Shown piece after piece: positions 58,264 through 64,000 of a stretch of 64,000 nt of DNA. The position numbers and the translations under genes were made by a program. Each line of letters starts with the position of its first letter. Within the stretch, counting starts at the first letter, position 1. Under the pieces are notes generated by a model, which made no database searches, was not told the DNA's origin, and was given only the letters and a program-made list of their open reading frames with translations. This DNA is from Phycisphaerales bacterium (GTDB lineage: Bacteria > Planctomycetota > Phycisphaerae > Phycisphaerales > UBA5793): contig JBGASM010000015.1 of NCBI GenBank assembly GCA_044229655.1, positions 35,950 to 99,949 on the forward strand, in the 5' to 3' direction.

Positions 58264-59571
58264 CTATTCGTGAGCGGTGGCGTATTGCAGAGCGAGGACC
58301 GCGTAGGCGGTGACGAGCACGGGATCGCCCTCCATCCAGCGGTCGGCGGAGTTCACGAAACTGCCATCCTCCTTCTGAAGGGCTGACAACTTGGCGATGA
58401 GATCGTTGGCCCAGTTGCGCTGTGCGCCTTCGGTGAGGTCTTTGCCTGCCTCATCGGGCACCAGGGTGGTGAGGGTGGGCGCGCCCCAGGCGGAGAGGGC
58501 CCGGCTCATGGTGTGGAGGTAGTAGTAGTACCCCTGCATTCCCACGGCGGGGTTTTCGTCCAAGGTGTAGTTGGCCCGGATCCAGCGATACGCGGCCTGC
58601 ACGCGCGGGTCATCGTGGGCCAGGTCAGCGTAAAGGTAACTCTTGAAGCCGGCGTAGGTCATGGAGCCGTAACAGGCGAGGCGGGAGATCGTGCTGCCGT
58701 CGTCAAGGGTTTCGTCGATCATGGGCTGAGCGGCGTAACTCTGGCCCTGCCCCGCGCTGGCGGCGTTGGGGCCGATGGAGTAGATGAAGCCGCCCTGCCG
58801 GGAACCGTCGGCATAGGGCATGTCGTTGACGCTGTCGAGCATCTGGGTGCGCTGGAGGAAGACCAGGGCTTTCTGAAAGACCGGGTCGTCACCCTTGAGT
58901 CCACTTTCGTGCATGCCTTCGAGGAGCATGGCGAGATTGGAATTGTCGGGTCGCTGATGACCGCCATATCCCGCTCCGCCGAAGAAGGGATGGGCTTTGT
59001 CGATGACCACGCCCGCGGGATCGGTCTGGCCGTCCCATTGGATGGTGCGGAGGAACTTCTGGGCGTCGGCGACGGCCTGCTTGATTTCAGGGTCGTCGAG
59101 TCGGGCGAGGGCGGAGATGGCGATGGCGGTGTTGTAGTTGGGCAGTGTGTCCTGGTCGTAGATGCCGCCGTCCTTCTGGCGATAGGTCATGATCCACTGC
59201 ACAGCGCGGGTGACGGCGGGGTCATGGGGCCCCACGGTGGGGTCGAGGATGAGACCCTTGACGACCAGAGCGCTGATGGCAGGCAGTTGGGGTTTGCCAT
59301 CGGTCTGGAGCGCCCAGGCGCCGGTGGCGGGGTCCTGCTTGCTCTTGAGAAAGGTGACGGCCTTGTCCAATGTCGCGCGCGCGAGGTCCTGGTGCTGGGC
59401 ATCGGGCTGAGCCTGTGCGAGTGCGGGAGAAGTGAGGCAGGCGAGCGTGAGCAGAAAGCCGGAGGAGAGGGCAGCAGCGCGAGTGAGGGGGGTGCTGAAC
59501 ACGGGGAAAGCTCCAGAGTCTGTGTGTGGCGGTGTGTGGATGAACGTGGGAAAGAACCGGTGAGGAGACAT
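58264..59571 (-). CDS. Secreted prenyltransferase/squalene-oxidase-repeat (alpha/alpha-toroid) protein
   Basis: 435 aa. Signal peptide. Repeated QxxDGG/W-type segments (KQDPATGAW, RQKDGGIY, QKEDGSF) typical of terpenoid-cyclase/prenyltransferase repeats. Its start overlaps the upstream stop (TAATG). Confidence 0.65.
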   Translation of the reverse strand: MSPHRFFPTFIHTPPHTDSGAFPVFSTPLTRAAALSSGFLLTLACLTSPALAQAQPDAQHQDLARATLDKAVTFLKSKQDPATGAWALQTDGKPQLPAISALVVKGLILDPTVGPHDPAVTRAVQWIMTYRQKDGGIYDQDTLPNYNTAIAISALARLDDPEIKQAVADAQKFLRTIQWDGQTDPAGVVIDKAHPFFGGAGYGGHQRPDNSNLAMLLEGMHESGLKGDDPVFQKALVFLQRTQMLDSVNDMPYADGSRQGGFIYSIGPNAASAGQGQSYAAQPMIDETLDDGSTISRLACYGSMTYAGFKSYLYADLAHDDPRVQAAYRWIRANYTLDENPAVGMQGYYYYLHTMSRALSAWGAPTLTTLVPDEAGKDLTEGAQRNWANDLIAKLSALQKEDGSFVNSADRWMEGDPVLVTAYAVLALQYATAHE

Positions 59572-60281
59572 TAGTCGCGCGTTGGTGGGGATGCGCCGGA
59601 ACGGGCGCGGAGCCGCTGGAGTTCCGCAAGGAGTTCCTTCTCGCGCCGCTGGGCCTGCTCGGGCGTCAGGATGAGGTTTCCCTCCTCATCGCGCTTCCGT
59701 GCCCAGGGATCGTCGGGAGCCTCATCAGTCACGGGCGGCGCGGCGTTTTCGGGCGGATGGCGGACGACCTGGGCGCAGGCGGGGATGGTGAGCGCGCACA
59801 GACCTGCGGCGGCCAACGCAAGCGCGGTGGCGAGGATGATGAAGCCGAGGCCAGCGTTGCCTTGCACAAGGCGGAGTATGGCGAACGCGTAGGCGGCGAG
59901 CATGGCGAGTGTGGAGGCGGCGCTGCCAATCGCTGGCAGCCGGCCACGGTCGGCCTGGAGTCCGACGCCAAATCCCACGAGGCAGAGTCCGCCGACGGCG
60001 GAGGCAGCCAGGAGGACAGCGTGACCGACTGTGGCGGACGAGGGCGAGAGGGAGGAGGGATCGTGCGGGCGGGCCTGGATGGCTTCAGCGGGGGAGCGAT
60101 TCTGCCAAACCTCGCCTTCCACAAATGCGACGCCGCAGCAGAGGCAGCAGGTGACAAAGAGGACGATTGCGCCGACGGCCTGGGTGAGCAGGCCAACCCC
60201 TTGGGCGAAGGCACGCGGCGCAGGGGCTTCGGGAGCGGAGATGGCGTGGGGATGGGCGGAGGAGGGAGGAGGTTGCGTCAT
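59571..60281 (-). CDS. Four-TM membrane protein with C-terminal charged helix
   Basis: 236 aa from ATG 60281, which overlaps the upstream stop as ATGA. Four hydrophobic segments, and the tail PEQAQRREKELLAELQRLRA. No family recognised. Confidence 0.6.
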   Translation of the reverse strand: MTQPPPSSAHPHAISAPEAPAPRAFAQGVGLLTQAVGAIVLFVTCCLCCGVAFVEGEVWQNRSPAEAIQARPHDPSSLSPSSATVGHAVLLAASAVGGLCLVGFGVGLQADRGRLPAIGSAASTLAMLAAYAFAILRLVQGNAGLGFIILATALALAAAGLCALTIPACAQVVRHPPENAAPPVTDEAPDDPWARKRDEEGNLILTPEQAQRREKELLAELQRLRARSGASPPTRD

Positions 60282-60793
60282 GGGCGCTCCCTGCCGATGC
60301 GTTTCGACGTGGGCTCGGCGGGGTGCAGGCGCACTTCCCACAAACGCCTGGCCACGAAGATGTGTCCGCAGGCGATGGTGCCAAAGAGCAGGATGCCCAG
60401 GGACATCATCTTGGGGTCGTTGGTGCGCCCGGCGGCACCGGCGATCAAGATCGCGAGCGACGCAAAGAACAGGGATTGGATGACGGCGAGGATGAGCGCG
60501 GTCCATAGCGCGATGATGCCGGACCGGGAGCCGATCACACTCATCACGAGCCCGCAGATGCAGGCGGTGATTCCGGCGGCGAGAGAAGCCTGCAGCCACC
60601 AAAGCGCGGCGCCCGCGGTCAGGCTGATCGCCTCGCCACCCGGCCCCGGGGTCTGCTCGACCGCACGATGGCGCAGGAGAAGGACGACGAGACAGGCTGC
60701 CGCCTGGACTGATCCGACAGCCTGCAGAAGCCGCGCCGCAGAGGCCCAGCGGGCAGGGAGGTCGAGGGCGGGTTGGGGGAGATCGCTGGTCAT
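60278..60793 (-). CDS. Four-TM membrane protein (paralogous architecture to 59571..60281)
   Basis: 171 aa from ATG 60793. The track start at 60850 would overlap the divergent nadA start. Its N-terminal ARLLQAVGSVQAAACLVVLL resembles VGLLTQAVGAIVLFVTCCLC of the next gene. Confidence 0.55.
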   Translation of the reverse strand: MTSDLPQPALDLPARWASAARLLQAVGSVQAAACLVVLLLRHRAVEQTPGPGGEAISLTAGAALWWLQASLAAGITACICGLVMSVIGSRSGIIALWTALILAVIQSLFFASLAILIAGAAGRTNDPKMMSLGILLFGTIACGHIFVARRLWEVRLHPAEPTSKRIGRERP

Positions 60794-60848
60794 GGGGGGC
60801 TGAAAGGATAGAAACCCGGCCGGTGAAACATCTCCACTATGATTGGTC

Positions 60849-62108
60849 ATGCTGTGGCAGCCTCCACTTCCTCCGCGCTACCAGACGCTTTCAGACCGGG
60901 AACTTGCAGCAGCCATCACGGCGCGGCGCAAGCAGTTGGGTGAACGCCTGGTGATCCTGGGCCACCACTACCAGCAGGATGACGTCATCGCGCATGCGGA
61001 CTTCACCGGCGACTCGTTCAAACTTTCGCAACTGGCGGCCCAGAAGGTGAAAGAGGTAGGGGCGAAGTACGTCGTGTTCTGCGGCGTGCACTTCATGGCG
61101 GAGTCGGCGGACATCCTCACGCCTGAAGATGTGGCGGTCATTCTGCCGGACCTGTCGGCGGGGTGCTCGATGGCGGACATGGCCGATTACGACCAGACGA
61201 CGCAGGCGTGGGAGGAAATCCGGACGGCACTGGGCGAAACCGCGGGCCCCCGGACGCGCATCATTCCGATCACCTACATGAACTCGTCGGCCGCGATCAA
61301 GGCGTTCGTGGGGCAGCATGGCGGGGCGGTGTGCACATCCTCAAATGCGCCGCGCGTGTTTGACTGGGCCTTTGCGGGCGGCGATGAGCCGCTGCGTGCG
61401 GGGGAGGAAGTCAAGCTGCTTTTTCTGCCCGATCAGCATCTGGGGCGCAACACGAGTCATCAGCGCGGCCTGGTGACGGAGGTGGATGCGCGGCGGAGCG
61501 GGCAGGTGCCGCAGACGGCCCTGTGGGACCCGCACCAGGAGTCGGGCGGGCTCACGGCGCAGCAGATCCGCGATGCGAAGGTGCTGCTGTGGAAGGGGCA
61601 TTGTTCAGTGCACATGCTGTACCGGCCCGAGCACGTCGAGGCGATCCGCCAGCGTGAGCCGGAGATCACGGTGCTGGTGCATCCGGAAGTATGTCAAGAG
61701 GTCGTTGACCTTGCGGACCTGGCGGGCTCCACGGAATTCATCATCGACACGGTGCGCAAAGCCAAGGCAGGCACGAAGTGGGCGCTGGCGACGGAGACGC
61801 ATCTGGTGCACCGGGTGGCGGTCGAAGCGGCGAAGCGCGGAGTGCATGTGGAGATGCTGTCGGGATGCCAGTGCCTGTGCACGACGATGTTCCGGATTGA
61901 TGCGCCGCATCTTCTCTGGGCGCTGGACAACCTGGCGGAGGGGCGCGTGGTGAACGAGATCAAGGTACATCCGGATGCGCGGAAGTGGGCGCTGGCGGCC
62001 CTGGACCGCATGCTGAGCCTGACGGGTTCAGGGGGCCTGTCCAAGCCTGAGGGCGTCAAGCGCACAGCTGCGCCCGCGAAGGCGGCGGCGCCCGCGTACG
62101 TGGATTGA
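60849..62108 (+). CDS. nadA: Quinolinate synthase
   Basis: 419 aa from ATG 60849; the track starts at TTG 60843. It has VILGHHYQQDDV, GDSFKLS, VFCGVHFMAESADIL and CSVHMLY, all NadA-like segments. Confidence 0.9.
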   Translation: MLWQPPLPPRYQTLSDRELAAAITARRKQLGERLVILGHHYQQDDVIAHADFTGDSFKLSQLAAQKVKEVGAKYVVFCGVHFMAESADILTPEDVAVILPDLSAGCSMADMADYDQTTQAWEEIRTALGETAGPRTRIIPITYMNSSAAIKAFVGQHGGAVCTSSNAPRVFDWAFAGGDEPLRAGEEVKLLFLPDQHLGRNTSHQRGLVTEVDARRSGQVPQTALWDPHQESGGLTAQQIRDAKVLLWKGHCSVHMLYRPEHVEAIRQREPEITVLVHPEVCQEVVDLADLAGSTEFIIDTVRKAKAGTKWALATETHLVHRVAVEAAKRGVHVEMLSGCQCLCTTMFRIDAPHLLWALDNLAEGRVVNEIKVHPDARKWALAALDRMLSLTGSGGLSKPEGVKRTAAPAKAAAPAYVD

Positions 62109-62159
62109 ATGTGACTGCGTCAGAACTCTTTCCCTCATTCACCCGGAACACTAACCACC

Positions 62160-63401
62160 ATGAGCGTTTCCTTTCAGACGGCGACACTTTCCAACGGTCT
62201 GCGGCTGGTTGCAGAGACTGATCCGGAAGCGCACACGAGCGCGTGCGGTTTCTTTGTGCGGACAGGCGCGCGCGACGAGGAATCGGCCCTCATGGGGGTG
62301 AGCCACTTTCTCGAGCACATGATGTTCAAGGGCACGGAGTCGCTGTCGGCCGACGACGTGAACCGCCGGTTTGATCAGATGGGGGCGAACTACAACGCGT
62401 TCACCACGCATGAACTCACGGCGTTCCACGCGCATGTGCTCCCCGAGTACTTCGGGCAGGGGCTCGAATTGCTGGCCCACATCCTGCGGCCCGCGCTGCG
62501 GCAGGAGGATTTCGATTCGGAAAAGAACGTCATCCTTGAAGAAATCGCGATGTACGAGGATGTTCCCTTCTGGCGTCTGTACGACCGGGTGATGGAGCGG
62601 TACTACATGACGCATCCGTTGGCGCACCAGGTTCTGGGAACCAAGGCGTCGGTGGGGAGTTTGACGCGCGACCAGATGCGCACCTATTTCGAAAGCAGGT
62701 ATTCTGCGGACAACACGATTCTGTCAATTACGGGGAATGTCGACTTCGCCAGGGCGGTGGACGAGGCCTCGCGACTGTGCGGCGGTTGGCAGACCACGCG
62801 GCCAGTACGGCAGCACCGCCCCCGGCCGGAGGTCGCCGACGACTTCATGCTCGACGACGAAAAGGCCAATCAGCACTACTTCCTGTCGGTCGCGCCGGCG
62901 CCCTCGAGCCAGGACCGGATGCGCTATGCGGCGGAGATGCTGGCGCATCTCGTGGGTGATTCGGAAGGATCGCTGCTGTACTGGGCGCTTATCGACACGG
63001 GGCTGGCCGAATCCGCGCAGGTCGGGTACGACGCGCGCGACGGACTGGGCGAGTATTACGCGTTTGCAGCGTGCACAACGGAGAACGCGGGCAGAGTTGA
63101 ATCCATCCTCCGCGACATCCTGCATACCGGCCTGCAGCGCGTCACGCCTGACGACCTGGCGCGCGTGCGCAGCAAGATCGCAACGGCGGTCACCTTGGCC
63201 GGTGAACGCCCGGCGGGGCGAATGCGCCGGCTGGGGAGGCACTTCTGCTACCACGCCGATTACCTAACGCTCGAGGATGAGTTAGCGCGGATCGAAGCAG
63301 TGCGGATGGAAGATCTGCATGCGCTTGTGTCGCTTTATCCGCTGAGTCCGCGCGTCATTGGGCGATTGAGGCCTGTCGCGCCAGCGCGAACAGTCCGGTA
63401 G
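62160..63401 (+). CDS. M16-family (pitrilysin/insulinase) zinc peptidase
   Basis: 413 aa. Inverted zinc motif HxxEH in GVSHFLEHMMFKGT, and a downstream E in NAFTTHELTAF. Confidence 0.9.
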   Translation: MSVSFQTATLSNGLRLVAETDPEAHTSACGFFVRTGARDEESALMGVSHFLEHMMFKGTESLSADDVNRRFDQMGANYNAFTTHELTAFHAHVLPEYFGQGLELLAHILRPALRQEDFDSEKNVILEEIAMYEDVPFWRLYDRVMERYYMTHPLAHQVLGTKASVGSLTRDQMRTYFESRYSADNTILSITGNVDFARAVDEASRLCGGWQTTRPVRQHRPRPEVADDFMLDDEKANQHYFLSVAPAPSSQDRMRYAAEMLAHLVGDSEGSLLYWALIDTGLAESAQVGYDARDGLGEYYAFAACTTENAGRVESILRDILHTGLQRVTPDDLARVRSKIATAVTLAGERPAGRMRRLGRHFCYHADYLTLEDELARIEAVRMEDLHALVSLYPLSPRVIGRLRPVAPARTVR

Positions 63402-63706
63402 GCGTGTAGGACGCTGAGTCCCTCCTCCGCCGGTCGTGTTCTCGCGTCCCGCCGCCTCCTGGCATCTCAACCCGCACAACCCCCCACCGAGCCCATTGTC
63501 CCCTGATGCGGGGAGCAGGCTGGCTTCACTCGATTGACATTCTGCGAGTCCGAAGCGGGACTGCATCTGGCGGGTTCATCCGGCAAAACCGACTGCCGAT
63601 GGATGTCTCCGACCGATGGCGCTTGCCCCGTGAAAGAAGTCGGTGCGACTTTGCGCGGGGAGCACAGAGGTCCAAGGCGGACTGCATCACATAGAAAGTC
63701 GAGATC

Positions 63707-64000
63707 ATGACCATCCGGACCCGTTTGCTCCTGCTTTGTGCATTTTCCATCGGCGCAGCGCTGGTGAGCGCATCGCTTGGCGTGTGGGGCGTGAATGATG
63801 TCTATTCGGCCGCCGAGACCATTAAGACTCGCTCGAGCGCCCTGCGCAACCACCTTGAGGCGGACATGATGCACGATGCGTTGCGTGCAGATGTGCTGGC
63901 GGCCCTGCTGGCGGAGTCGGCGCAGGAGCGCAGCGCGGTCAGCGCGGACTTGGCTGAGCACTCTGAGCACTTTGAGAGCGCCATCGACGCCAACAGTTCG
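63707..64000 (+). CDS. Membrane sensor protein N-terminus (four-helix-bundle MCP/histidine-kinase type), truncated by window edge
   Basis: Own translation from ATG 63707 gives MTIRTRLLLLCAFSIGAALVSASLGVWGVNDVYSAAETIKTRSSALRNHLEADMMHDALRADVLAALLAES... This is a TM segment plus a helical sensor, as in chemoreceptor N-termini. It is absent from the track because it runs off the edge. Confidence 0.5.
   Translation, partial: MTIRTRLLLLCAFSIGAALVSASLGVWGVNDVYSAAETIKTRSSALRNHLEADMMHDALRADVLAALLAESAQERSAVSADLAEHSEHFESAIDANSS

Overview
High-GC chromosomal segment, about 65-70% GC by eye. The gene content suggests the PVC superphylum, most likely Planctomycetota/Phycisphaerae-like: a MoxR-DUF58-BatA-VWA operon, FG-GAP/NHL secreted proteins, zinc-ribbon membrane proteins and a prenyltransferase-repeat protein. 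This taxonomic call is inference only; no database search was possible. I call about 53 protein genes, 1 gene remnant and 3 intrinsic terminators. I saw no rRNA, tRNA, CRISPR array, transposase or integrase. Housekeeping genes include ligA, tatC, tadA, pyrC, rpsB-tsf, nadA and asnB. Accessory modules include (1) a periplasmic copper module: Cys/His-rich small protein, triple YHS-like protein, TolC-like protein, multicopper oxidase; (2) a terminator-bounded unit of ECF sigma, anti-sigma and two protease-less PDZ proteins; (3) an AstA-like acyltransferase / class-III aminotransferase / M20 deacylase trio; (4) an envelope-glycan-type locus with a sulfotransferase, two methyltransferases, AsnB, a beta-helix protein and two orphan ABC permeases. 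The most striking signal is large-scale. The + strand is C-rich (NNC codons in plus-strand genes, NNG in minus-strand genes) from 1 to about 37,889, and G-rich from about 37,902 to the end. The flip occurs within about 15 nt inside an intact M20 peptidase ORF, exactly at a 13-nt AT-rich palindrome. A 0.56-kb ORF-free tract with helically phased A-tracts lies 400 nt upstream. The polarity matches a replication origin, but I found no DnaA-box cluster and no dnaA or dnaN in the window. Other observations are a codon-atypical FG-GAP gene followed by a native-composition orphan C-terminal domain remnant, and a recurrent C-terminal module of about 100 aa shared by three unrelated secreted proteins. 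Most long alternative-frame ORFs in the track are Arg/Pro/His-rich high-GC artefacts. Start codons were refined by hand where noted.
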